Of a DNA stretch of 64,000 nt, positions 22,055-35,171 are shown piece after piece. Every line of letters begins with the position of its first letter. Within the stretch, counting starts at the first letter, position 1. Location of the stretch: NCBI GenBank assembly GCA_002269645.1, contig NIVC01002279.1:62001-126000 (forward strand), given 5' to 3'. The stretch comes from Macrostomum lignano. Taxonomy: Eukaryota. The notes beneath the pieces are model-generated. The model had not been told where the DNA came from. It was given only the letters and a program-made list of their open reading frames with translations, and searched no databases. Position numbers and translations under genes: made by a program.

Positions 22055-23318
22055 ATGCTTTTGAGAACACTATGCTCAGACTTTGCCCGACGCTGCCTAC
22101 TCAATCCAGCCTGCTCTGTGCTGAATAGATCGCTCAGTAGCAGCGGCACCGGAGGAGGCGGCGCAGGTTCGAGCCCTCCCACTCATTGGGATCGCAGCAC
22201 GGATAGCGGTGTGACCTCAGACGAATCCAGTTCATCCGCTCTAACACCTGAATCGGCAGCAGCGCCAAAGGGTGTAGCCCTGGCTACCCACATGCTACTA
22301 AACCAGCCAACCTACAATGTAATGGGAGATATTGTCCCCGTGAACGAGTACCACCTGACTGAGGAGACTCCAGCTGGCGTGCCCTATCACACTTTGCCAA
22401 TTGTTTACTTTGGCGCCAGGCGCAATAATTGCATAGTAACAATCACGGATTGTTTGGGACGCCCATTGGCTGTTACCTCTACGGGAATTGAAGGCTTTCA
22501 TAATGCTAAGAAGTCTACGACTGTTGCTGCTCAGGTAAATTTTGTATAAAAATATTGAGTGTTTATTGTATTTTATGAGTGCTTCTAGTGCTGGTGCTGC
22601 GGTGCCGCGCATCGAGATCCGGTGGTACCGGTGTCCGTAGCGCTGTCGCCCCCCCCCCGAGAGTCCAGGAGGTGGATGGTCACTCGTCCGGTAGCCCTTA
22701 GGTAGCGGATGAGCTGGCAGAGATTCTCGGGCCTGAAAACGTCGGAGAGGTCCGGGTTTGGGCCGAGCTAGGTGAGCCTGTCCTGAGTAAAGGCGGGGCA
22801 TTCCCAGATAAAGTGCTCCGCTTTCTCGACATGCTTGACTAAACAGCGATGGTCACCATGATTTCCCTGCGGTTTGAGTCCAAGCAGGGCCCTGCGCATG
22901 GCGGAGGAAGGACTTTGAAGCCACCCACTGGTTGATCCGAGTGGTGGCAACGGCGGTGAGGGTGGGGCCACGGGCAAGGAACCGTGGAGTAAAAGAACCG
23001 GCCGGAGCCAGGCGATCGGCCAACTCGTTCCCGGGGTGGCCCTACTACTGTAGCCGATTTCAGTACTTCTACTAAATTCTGCGAGCATCAAAGAATTCAT
23101 TACAATTCTGTTTCCAGGTAGTTGGCGTTTCAACCGCGCTGAAGGCTAAGAAGCTGGGCATCAGCCACGCTCGGGTGGTGATCCGCGGCATGAACCAGCT
23201 CCGTCTGGCCTGTCTGAAGGGCATGTCAAGCGGCGGACTGCAGATCGTGTCGCTAACTGACAATACCAAGATTCACTATGGCAAGGGTAGACGGCCAAGG
23301 AAACCGCCTAGAAAATAG
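22055..23318 (+). CDS. MRPS11: Mitochondrial ribosomal protein uS11m, 226 aa
   Basis: Exons 22055-22534 (CAG|GT) and 23118-23318 (CAG|), phase 0. Presequence-like N-terminus; [19 protein letters not shown]...[19 protein letters not shown]|[24 protein letters not shown]...[10 protein letters not shown] matches uS11. Confidence 0.92.
22588..23061 (-). mobile_element. 3' fragment of a non-LTR retrotransposon in the MRPS11 intron
   Basis: Minus strand [14 protein letters not shown]...R..*LG...DVF....[10 protein letters not shown] resembles the C-terminal zinc knuckle and tail of RNase-H-bearing LINE ORF2. Possible TSD AGT(G/A)CTTCTA at 22578-22587 and 23062-23071. Confidence 0.65.
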
Positions 23319-23639
23319 TCGACTAATAACTCATAGCCTATATAGTAGTTATAAATCTGTAGGTAAAAGTATTGTATGATGGTCAATGAAGTGTCACTCG
23401 ATACTACTGCTATTAGTAGGACTGTAAATTCTACTCATATGTTAGCTAAATTTTAAAAAATAAATTTATAGGCGCGATGACCATTTTGATTGGTCGCATT
23501 TGAATGGAATTCAGTTGCTGCAACATCTATTTTTGTCTGTCATTTGTCTGCTTTATGTTTATTTCTTTCGCTAAATTCATAGTATCGACGATAGATAAGA
23601 AACAAATTGAAAGGTTTTATAAAATACAGACAATACAAG

Positions 23640-23900
23640 CCTGCAGAACAAATTAGAGCACAGCTCTCAGCAACTCGCAGAGCAGAAATCTGTGCATGGT
23701 CTGACCGGAAACCCTGTGGTGCAGTGGTGTCGCAGTTAGTGACGCGGCTGCGCTCGCTAAGTCCGACCAGCGTGTGATCGAATTTCGGTAGTCGCTTAAT
23801 TTGTGGCAGCGAAAGTCCAGCCGGCCAAGTAGGTCCTCCATACCATCCGTGTTGGCGTTCTCGCGTCCGGTGACAAAGGGCGAGAGCTCAGACCTCCGGA
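23640..23900 (-). pseudogene. Decayed LINE APE-endonuclease fragment
   Basis: An unlisted minus frame reads PTWPAG...FDHTLVGLSERSRVTNC...GFRSDHAQI, similar to the IDHILV...SDH end of APE domains. Confidence 0.5.
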
Positions 23901-24380
23901 ACTGTCTTCAAGCACCAATCATCCAGTGTGTTCCAGTTTGGCAGTTCCTCCAGCTGCCCATCTAGGAGTACTGTGGTTGTTTGTCGACTTGTTTAGGAGG
24001 CTCCACCCGACTTCAAGATTCTAAGAATAGAGACCTAGCTGGTTCAGCCACTTTAGCAACTTCTAGCTGTACATGTAGGTCGTAAGCAGCTGGGCTAGAA
24101 TGGTGCAACGCCAGGGAGCCTTCAGCTGGAGCCCGATGCTGCTGGGCCTTATAGTGCCGGCGGATCCACGATCTTGACGGCAGGGGTCTCAGTGTGTGCT
24201 CTGCAAATGTACTTCTTCAGCCTTGAAATTGGCCTTTATAGGCGTGAATCGCTCGACTACCCCTGGCCAATTTTTGCGCACAAGCCCCTAATGAATGCGG
24301 CCGCGCATGGAAGCGAACCATAGGTGGTGGCGCGAGAGTCTGGCGTGTTAACTGTGGTAGTGGCTGCTAGCTAGAGCTAG

Positions 24381-24700
24381 TGTTGTTGCACTTTACCCAA
24401 TCATATCCTTGTTATGTCTATGGTAGCAACCAGCTTTACGTTCTTAAGCTTTCGTTCTCAGCCTCCCACTTATAATTTTCTATGCTTAAATAAACGCTGC
24501 CGACAGCTTCGTTCAAACTACTACAATGGCGTCGCGGCTTGGCAATCTGGATCTTACTGACACGTTTCATGCATTAACCTGGATTAAGGCATTCAAAGCC
24601 TTGGCTCGAACCAAGAAGTGGGAAGATAAAGAAACAGATCGACAAATCACGGACAACTTTTTAGCGCTCTGTGGACTAGCAGCTGGACGTCAAAAATGAT
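24381..24700 (+). mobile_element. Truncated Gypsy-like LTR retrotransposon (5' LTR, PBS, gag start)
   Basis: TG...CA segment 24381-24525 with AATAAA near its end, then A-TGGCG (PBS-like) overlapping ATG 24526. ORF MASRLGNLD...WIKAFKALARTKKW...ITDNFLALCG resembles Gypsy gag N-termini. No second LTR in the window. Confidence 0.6.
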
Positions 24701-24812
24701 ATTACAGCATGTCAAAAATGATATTACAGCATGTCAAAAATGATGTTACAGCATGTCAAAAATGATATTACAGCATGTCAAAAGTGATATTACAGCATGT
24801 CAAAAATGATAC
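24687..24812. repeat. 22-bp tandem repeat TGTCAAAAATGATATTACAGCA, 5-6 copies
   Basis: Directly visible; it truncates the gag ORF. Confidence 0.9.
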
Positions 24813-26275
24813 GCCTTGGTAGAGGCGACTTTGCTACGGTGAGGTCATCTACTTCAACCAATTATAGCGAATCATTGAGTCATGTTCTCCGAAGCTTCCG
24901 AATGACCAGGCGAATGAACTGTTCAGCCGTGGTGTTCTCGTGAACCGCAGGTGGTGCTGAATCCACAACCTTCACCGGTAACACTTCGCAGGTCGCGCTT
25001 GATTTCTTCTGGGAAGTTAAACTGCATGTCGGTGAACTGTTTCTGCTTACCAAATCGCTTCAAATATCGGGCCCAGATTGTGTACGCATCATGTCTGCCA
25101 GCCTTGCTGTTGCAATTTCTGTAGCGCTCGCACCAGGAAATGAAGCCTTTGGCGTCGTTGTCTGTGACTCCATTTTCTGTGAGATATCTGTGCAACATCT
25201 GTGCAAAAGCATTGTATAATACGCAGACATGCCTGGTTTGGTGCCTTAATAGAAAAAGCACGATGTTGGCGGTGTCAGCTCGTCGGGGCCGCGTGGTGGC
25301 ACTCCGTTGAAGGTCCAGAAGGTATGTCTACAGGTCAGCCTAGAGGGTCGCCATCGTCCATTTTATTCACTGATTATGTTTACAGATTGAATGCTGCATG
25401 CAGAAGAGGATTCTTCAGAGGATTTCAGAGGAAATCAGAGGATTTCAGTTTTGGGAACGCAGCCGTCTCTGAGATGCCAATTGGGTGCTTTTATTGAAGG
25501 TATTGTCCTACTGTCCTACTGTCCGACTGTACAGCAAATTAAGTTCAATCAGACAGGTGTTTAAATGTAAGCACCGGATCCACCAGGAGCGGGGGGGTAG
25601 GTTCTGAGAATAATTTAGTCCGACTCCTTAATTAATGCCGGGACTAAAAGCAACAGGTGGAATATGTGCTTTTCGCGTAGCTAACCTGCTCAAAAAATCG
25701 CCTTACTATGTCCAAAGCCGTCTTCAATTAAGTAAGCTCGATTTTAGAGAACGTCGAAATCAGTAGGAGCGCGTATGTAAGTTTCTGTCTTAAATTTCGT
25801 AGATTTTACTGCATTTGATCAAATCAGATCGAAGTCCAATGTCTGCTCAATTGGCTCCCAAGCCTCAATAAGGGTAGAACTACCAAGGGTGAACTTATTT
25901 GCTGCGCCGGAACGAAGTGACGTAGGCACACGAAATTCAAGAACACCAGGCTATAAAATTTTGTTGCGCATCTTCTCAAACAAGAATCAACTAGTCGCCA
26001 GCCCTCAGGACCGTCGAGATATTCGACGATTCTGCTAGAAGGTCGGATTTTCCAATAAGCGCCAGTTATTCAATACGGCCTTTAGATACGCAAGCTAGGG
26101 TTCTAGGTTATACTCGGCACGATAGATGCTGGTTTTAAGGCTCCTGACTTTACCTTGAGCCTTGTTTTCAGGTGAATGCAGGCCTGGTCTTTGTTTGCAT
26201 ACAGGTCTCTTTGTATTAATGAAACTCCAAGATGTTTGCGTTCCCACAACACAGACTTTTCTGTTCTCCGACGCG

Positions 26276-28749
26276 ATGCCGCAGCTGTCAGTAGCAGCAG
26301 CAGTTGTCAGCTGTCTTCCTGTGCGAAGCCTTCAACGCGCTTTGCTTCAGCCAGCTTGCCTGCTGACCCTGCTGCTGCTCGGGCTGATGCCGCTGCTGAT
26401 TGGCCTGCTCAGCCGGTTGAGCCCGATCGCATCGTTGTCTGCTCAGCCAAGTCCCGTACACGAAGCTCCCACGGCCGTGCTGATCATGGCAGCCAGCCGA
26501 CCAGAGGTGCAGCTGCTCATCCGCCAGGTGGCCGCCTACCGGCCCAGCGCCGCCCAATTTCCAATCATCGTCTCGCAAGACTCGGACGACCCGATGACTT
26601 CGGCGGCGTTGGAGCCGCTGGCGGCGACTGGCGAAATCGAGTGGCAGCGGGGTCTGGCGCGGTTGACTGGCAGCGATAAGAACAGGGTGAGGAGAATCAC
26701 CCGACACTACCTGGATGCGCTGGATTACGTACTGATCCATCGGCAGTTCAATCGGGTCATCGTGCTGGAAGACGACCTGCTGATTGCCGCCGATTTCTTT
26801 CGCTACTTTCAGGTAATAGCGCGCATTCACCTGGCATGTGGACTCGAACGGGCCTCAATGACCCTGATCAATCTTCTGAAAATGAAAATACTACCTGAAA
26901 CAGCGTCAAGTATCTGAAATACAGTTTCAACTACCTGAAACACAGCGTCAACTACCTGAAACATAGTTCAACCACCTGAAACATAGTTCAACCACCTGAA
27001 ACACAGTTCAACCACCTGAAACATAGTTCAACCACCTGAAACATAGTTCAACCACCTGAAACACAGTTCAACCACCTGAAACACAGTTCAACCACCTGAA
27101 ACACAGTTTAAACTACCTGAAACACAGTGTCAACTACCTGAAACACAGTTCAACCACCTGAAACACAGTTTAAACTACCTGAAACACAGTGTCAACTACC
27201 TGAAACAGTGTCAACTACCTGAAACACAGTTCAGCCACCTGAAACACAATTCAGCCACCTGAAACACAATTCAGCCACCTGAAACACAGTTCAGCCACCT
27301 GAAACACAGTTCAACCACCTGAAACACAGTTCAGCCACCTGAAATACAGTTCAGCCACCTGAAATACAGTTAAGCCACCTGAAACACATATCAACTACCT
27401 GAAACACAGTTCAGCCACCTGAAACAAAGTTCAGCCACCTGAAACACAGTTCAGCCACCTGAAACACAGTTCAGCCACCTGAAACACAGTTCAGCCACCT
27501 GAAACACAGTTCAGCCACCTGAAACACAGTTCAGCCACCTGAAACACATATCAACTACCTGAAACACAGTTCAGTCTCAAGCCTAATCCAAAGCCACCCG
27601 AAACCCACCCGGACTCTCCTGAAGTCGCTGGCCCCCGTCTTAGACCGCGATCCCAGCGTATTCTGCGTCTCCGCCTGGCACGACAACGCCATCCTGGGCC
27701 TCGTCGACGTCGGCATCCGCGGTGCCGTCGCCGTCCACCGAACCGACTTCTTCCCTGGCCTCGGCTGGATGATTCGCCACGAGGCCTGGCCCGACGCCCG
27801 AGCCCAATGGCCCGAGCGCGAGTTTGACAGCTACCTGCGGCGGTACATGCTGCGGTCCGGCCTAGTCTGCCTGCGGCCCGAGCTGCCGAGGGTCTTCAAC
27901 ACGGGCCAGACTGGGGGCAACCTGATGGCCGGCTGGTGAGCTGCAGCGACTGCTGTCCACCCATCCCGACGCTGCCCATCCATCCCGACGCTGCCCATCC
28001 ATCCCGACGCCACTCATTCCAAACTATATGTACATCCAAAGGGTACTAAATACTTATACTCAAGTACGCAAGTACTTAGGTACGCAAGTACTCAAGTCTC
28101 GTACGCAAGTACTCAACACTCGTACGCAAGTACTCAAGTCTCGTGCGCAAGTACTCAAGTACGCAAATACTCAAGTCTCGTGCGCAAGTACTCAAGTACG
28201 CAATACTCAAGTACACAAGTACTCTAGTAGACAAGTACTCTAGTACGCAAGTACTCGCATACGCCTCTATTGCCCTTCAGGTACGGCCGCACTTTCCATC
28301 GCCGCTTTCTAAGCCGCATGGCCTTCAACCTGCTGCCCGACGTTCGCATCCCAACGACTGTCGCTCATCGCCTCGCCGCCGGTCCCGCAAGCGACATCGC
28401 CTTTGCCAAACGCGTCGCTCTACTGCCGTCGATCTCCCGGCGTCGACTGCTCACTCTGGTGAGCGCTACAGACGAAAACGACGATCTGCCAGCCGAGGTG
28501 CAGTTCGTCTACCGGACCTACCAGGAGTACACGGATGTAGCACTGAACCTGGGCATCATCCCGGATTTCTGGTATGGCGTGCCTCGCTGCTCACGGCAAG
28601 GCATTGTCGGCTTGCGGCTCAGCCGGCAGCGAGTTCGCGTCTTCCTCCGGCCAGCCGAACCGCCAGAATACTCGGCGCTGGTGCACATGGACAGGAGGAC
28701 GCCTCCGCCTGCGCTGCTGCCGCTGCCACTGCCGCCTCCAGAATACTGA
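26276..28749 (+). CDS. MGAT1: GT13 alpha-1,3-mannosyl-glycoprotein beta-1,2-GlcNAc-transferase (GnT-I/MGAT1-like), about 438 aa
   Basis: Exons 26276-26812, 27625-27935, 28281-28749, phases 0 and 2. N-terminal membrane anchor; RPSAAQFPIIVSQD, LEDDL (DxD), CVSAWHDN, RTDFFPGLGW, C-terminal GVPRCSRQGIV. Family is secure; orthology versus paralogy is not. Confidence 0.85.
26895..27575. repeat. About 20-bp minisatellite CCACCTGAAACACAGTTCAG in MGAT1-like intron 1
   Basis: More than 30 slightly variable tandem units. Confidence 0.95.
27958..28262. repeat. Two short arrays in MGAT1-like intron 2 (19-bp x3; degenerate GTACGCAAGTACTCAAGT)
   Basis: Directly visible. Confidence 0.85.
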
Positions 28750-28876
28750 GTCCGATAGCAAACTCCCAGCTCAGCGCCATTTGATGTGGACCTGAAACCT
28801 GAAACGATTAAGCATGTTCTTTGATTGCTTCTAAACATAACTTTTTGTGTTTCTGCAGCCCCACTATAATCCCCCT

Positions 28877-29272
28877 ACAATATCCCTGCAATCTCCCTGC
28901 AATCTCTCTGCGATCTCTCTGCAATCTCTCTGCAATCTCTCTGCCGTCTCCCTACTATCTCTCTATAATCTCTCTGCAATCTCTCTGCAATCTCTCTAGA
29001 ATCTCTCTATAATCTCTCTGCAATCTCTCTGCAATCTCTCTGCAATCTCTCTGCAATCTCTCTGCAATCTCTCTGCAATCTCTCTGCAATCTCTCTGCAA
29101 TCTCTCTGCAATCTCTCTGCAATCTCTCTGCAATCTCTCTGCAATCTCTCTGCAATCTCTCTGCAATCTCTCTGCAATCTCTCTGCAATCTCTCTGCAAT
29201 CTCTCTGCAATCTCTCTGCAATCTCTCTGCAATCTCTCTGCAATCTCTCTGCAATCTCTCTGCAATCTCTCT
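28877..29272. repeat. 11-bp tandem repeat GCAATCTCTCT
   Basis: About 35 copies; source of the QRDCREIAERL ORFs. Confidence 0.97.
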
Positions 29273-29602
29273 GAAATTTCCCTACAAATCTCTCTCCAAC
29301 TTCCTTACAATCGTTATACAGTTTTTCAAATCCAACAGTACCACGGCCAGCTCCGATACGAGTTTTATTTGCCAAGAGATATTTGTCAGGGGATCAGGGG
29401 ATTCGATTGTGCTTACGATAGAATTAAATTCTGTCTTGCAAATAAGAGACAAATGTCTTGCGCTGCAACGGATCTCGCAGCTAGTCTTTTCGCCTTTGCA
29501 ACTTTGAGTCAACAAATGATTTTCACAGTCGAGTCTGATGGGTGCTGCTTGATTGCATGTTTGCTTACTGGCTGCAACTGCTCTGAGGCTCTGGATTACT
29601 AC

Positions 29603-31382
<1,780 letters not shown>

Positions 31383-31830
31383 ATCCATTCTATCGACTGG
31401 AGGCAACAGAGGAGAGAGTATCAGCTAGACTATTTCAATGGCATCTCTCGTCAGCTACCTAGTGCTAGACTTGGGCGTTTCTCAGACTTATTCTTGACCA
31501 CGGAAAGCTGACTGCCTCGGGTAACTCATGCACAGAGTGCGGCCAGGGAAGAGACGACCAGACCGTAAACGTATTACAGTTCTGTGCGACAGCTGGAGCG
31601 CTGCATCAAATAAACAAGTCCATCTCTGATTAATAATTCACACTATAGCTGAAGGTGCCATCTTCACTGGGCTTTGAGGGTTGAGGGAGTCAGATTTATA
31701 CTATGAGACAGAGTTGCCACCAATCGACTGACTTCATCTTGAACTGGCTACGACGCTCAGCAACCGCTCTGTCAGCTGTTGGTCTCGGAAAAGAGACTTT
31801 TTAAAGGATTTATCTTGACAACTGTCACAG

Positions 31831-33476
31831 GAAATCAAAGCAAAACGGCTTCGTCCCTGTCGGCTGCTGAGATCGCGCTGATTGCGGTCTCGGTATGGAT
31901 TGTCCTGCTGGTTGTTGGTGAGATTGTCTGGAATGTGCTGCTTGCTTTGCTAGGTCTTGATGCGAGCTGGATATTTACAGGAAAGTTGAGGGCATTTTGC
32001 CTGCGGTGGCATCCTTTTACAATTCTTTACAATTCTTTACAATTCTTTACAATTCTTTACAATTCTTTACAATTCTTTACAATTCTTTACAATTCTTTAC
32101 AATTGTCAGGATTCTCAGGCACGCACTCATACACACGCTCACACAGGGTGTACATCCGCCCTGACTGTCTAATCGTCAGGCATGTACACTCTCTGTTCCT
32201 TGGGGGCTGGCCCTCGGGGATGTCATGTGAATCGCACGACAAATGAATTGGGCCGCGCACGGATCGAACCAAGGGTCGTAACGAGAGATGAGTCAGACGC
32301 GGCTACTCTGTCCCCGGTCGCTGTTTTCTTATTGATTTTTGTTGGCTAGGAGCTACAGTTAATCATGAATTAGCATTCTCACCAGCTATTAGTTCGAACC
32401 CAAAATCTCTAAACTGAGAATCCCTGATCCCCATCAACCTCAACTGCGTCGCTCCAGGCGCCGCTCTCGGCCTGTTTGTCTACTTGGAAAAACGTCGGCG
32501 TCGGCGACAAAACGACGACGATAGCGACAACGACGGCGTGAGTCGCCGTCACCGACGCCACCAACGACACCATCGACATCGTCACGGCAGCGAGCCCCCC
32601 GACGGACCCACGTCTGCCCCGCCAATGACATCATTTGACAACATCGGCGGCGACTTCTCAGCGTCCAACATCAGCGGCTTTGGAGGCGGCTCGGCTCAGT
32701 TCGACACTATTTCGAATGCACCGAGTGACCCCGGCTCGGCCCAGGCGGTCCTGGCCCAGCTGGACCTTCTCAAGCCGCATCTGCTGTCCTTCAAGGCCAT
32801 GCTCTGGGATCTGGAGAAGTGGATCGACGCTCGTTCGGGCGCGAGTCCCGGCCCGATGGTAACGGAGTACCTGGAAGCCAGAAGCCGGCTCAAGCAGGTG
32901 CTGTTGCTGCTTGAAGATCAAGCCGACTGTCCGCCTGAGCAGTGCTCAAAAATTGCCCAAATGCTAGACTGGAGCGAGCGCTGTCTGAAACGATTTTTAG
33001 TCAGCAACAAAACCTACGACCCGGCGGCGCCATCGTTCAAGCAGACAAAGACTGCAAAGACAAAGAGCGGTCGGCGAGGTGCAGCAGGCGGAGGAGGTGG
33101 CGGCGGCAGCGGCGGCGGGTCGGTGAATCGCCGAGTTGCGGCGGTGAAGCGGTCGCACTCGGCCCCAAGGCCGACTCTCAGCCACGTGTCGGGCCGCGAG
33201 CCGGGCTTCGTTCTGGTTGGCTTCAAGTCCGCGCTAGGCGGCGGCGCGGAAAATGGCGCTGGAGGAGGTGGCGGCGGCGGCAGCGGAGCGCGCAGAAGGC
33301 TGCCGCAGCGGGGTGCCATGTTTCTGCCTGACGGTGGCGGCGGCGGAAGCAGCGGAAGCGGCGGTCCCAGCCGGTTCACCATCAACCGACGCCTGGCGCC
33401 GATTTCCGAGTATCCGCCTCGTAGGTCAACGTCGCTTTCCGGCCTGTTCGACCGCGAGATTTCAACGCCATTGTGA
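31831..33476 (+). CDS. Uncharacterised single-pass membrane protein (last two exons)
   Basis: Exons 31831-31917 and 32458-33476 join in phase 1 to give a continuous TM helix IALIAVSVWIVLLVVGAALGLFVYL followed by EKRRRRR. GC-rich coding-like tail of about 330 aa. Upstream exons unresolved. Confidence 0.7.
32014..32103. repeat. 10-bp tandem repeat TTCTTTACAA, about 9 copies
   Basis: Directly visible, intronic. Confidence 0.95.
32115..32315 (-). mobile_element. tRNA-derived SINE, copy C
   Basis: Shares the CTCACACAGG.GTGTACA..CGCCCT and CATGTACACT...TTGGGGG.TGGCC body; minus-strand head contains GGTTCGATCC. Confidence 0.6.
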
Positions 33477-33749
33477 ATCGTTAGATGGGTTCATGATTAG
33501 ATGCGTTTCGGTTGGAGTGAGATCGAGAAGCTTTGTTTAAATTAATCTGTTTGTTTAACTCATAAACTAGGTAAAGTTTTATCATGAACCCAAGCTCAGT
33601 TGACATTTAAATAAGTCGATTTTTATTCATTTACTGGATTAGTGGACGAAATCTTAATAACCAAATGCTTTTTATGTTCACTATTCTGTTAAGGTAATAG
33701 AATTACAGCACGCTAACTATGATAAGCCATTAGTTACTGGACGGAATGT

Positions 33750-34065
33750 GGCACGTGACTACTGAGTCAATCACGATTTAGTTAGTAGTAATTAGTAGAA
33801 ACGGTGGGGCCTTTCCAAGGTCACTTCTATACCGACGTTGTTATTGGAGTAAACATTTGTCACGTGACTGATCTGAGCCTATATAACGATTCAACTATTA
33901 GAAACAAACGGTCGGGAGATTCCCAAGGTCACTTCTGCGCTCGTTAGTACGACGTTGTCATTGGATAGAACAATTGCCATGTGACTTATCTGAGCCGGTA
34001 GCTAGTAGAAACAAACGGCCTTGGTAATTTTCAAGGTCACTTTTAATACAACGTTGTGATTGGTT
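33750..34065. repeat. Degenerate 105-120-bp tandem units carrying CACGTGAC and TAGAAAC...CAAGGTCAC motifs
   Basis: About three units; motif order is shared with 16296-16376. A lone hAT-MITE-like right end (CCCTATTTCCGCCACTG) follows at about 34100-34117. Confidence 0.6.
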
Positions 34066-34755
34066 CATCAAAATGGGGTGGTATATCCCCATATCCCCCC
34101 CCCTATTTCCGCCACTGAATAGCCAATCCTGTTGCCTGTTTATATTTGACTTTTATTTTAATTAGTTGTAATTTCCTCATCCAAGTAGTGCATGGCCATT
34201 ACATTTTTACTATTCTGTGTTAATAATCTAGAATACTACTCTCTTTGCTACAGAGATCAGTATAATGCGTGCGAATTGCACATCGCATCAAGCTGACTTA
34301 CAGTAGAATTTTAATATTTTTTGTAATTGTCAATAGGCTTACTACTTTATTATATTTGGCGCATATCCACTGCGGAATTGTTTGTGGTAGGCTCTGGTAG
34401 TCTTGATACATATTAAATTCATATTTTCATTTGCATGCTTCATAGTTCGATTAAATATTTTTCGTCTTTGTTAATATCAATGACTATTTTCATTTTGTAG
34501 ACTTGATTTATAATAATAAATTAGAGTGTGTTATTTTACTTCAAACGTTTTGTTTCGGGTGGATATCTTTGACAGAAAAATTGAATAGCGAATTCCTATT
34601 GGTCTGTACGGACTAGAAATATTACTCTGCTTGCAATTGGATGATTCTAAGAATAAGATTTCAGAAATTTACAGCATGGATAAAAATAACATGGCCAATC
34701 AAAAATGCAAAATGATTTGAGTCTTCAGTAAATTTCATCGAATTCCATAATTTCA

Positions 34756-35064
34756 ATGAGCGCTCGGGCCTACCGCATCGCTGCGTCCTTATTTGAACTG
34801 TGCAGCCTGCCGATTGTTGCTACCAGAGCCGACAGTCAGACTACTGGCGGTAAAGGCGTCGGAGGCGCCGCGGTGCGTCTTCAATGGTGGCACTACCTGG
34901 TGATCAGCTGCTCTGTGGCGGTGCTGGCTGCCGCGGTGGCCCTGACCTGCTACTGCACTCGGTGCCGCAAGGGGGCCGCCGCCGCTGCTGCCAAGGAGGC
35001 GAAGACGGCACCACCGCAGCGCAGAGGCATGCGGTTCGGCAATACTGTTGGCAGACTGAACTGA
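34756..35064 (+). CDS. Small putative single-pass membrane protein (102-aa ORF or terminal exon)
   Basis: GC-rich island in AT-rich DNA; TM segment WWHYLVISCSVAVLAAAVALT followed by CYCTRCRK. Confidence 0.5.
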   Translation: MSARAYRIAASLFELCSLPIVATRADSQTTGGKGVGGAAVRLQWWHYLVISCSVAVLAAAVALTCYCTRCRKGAAAAAAKEAKTAPPQRRGMRFGNTVGRLN

Positions 35065-35171
35065 CCCGACTGGCTGATTGATTTCAGCAGACTTTTATGC
35101 GTACTGCTTGAAAACTGCTCTCTTCTCTGGCTGGTGGGATGGCCAGTGCATAGCTGTGCTTTGCAGAGAAT

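Noticed and set aside
12111-28749. SelT-MRPS11-MGAT1-like operon
   Set aside because: Co-orientation alone is weak evidence; spacers are about 3 kb and repeat-filled, and trans-splicing cannot be read from DNA.
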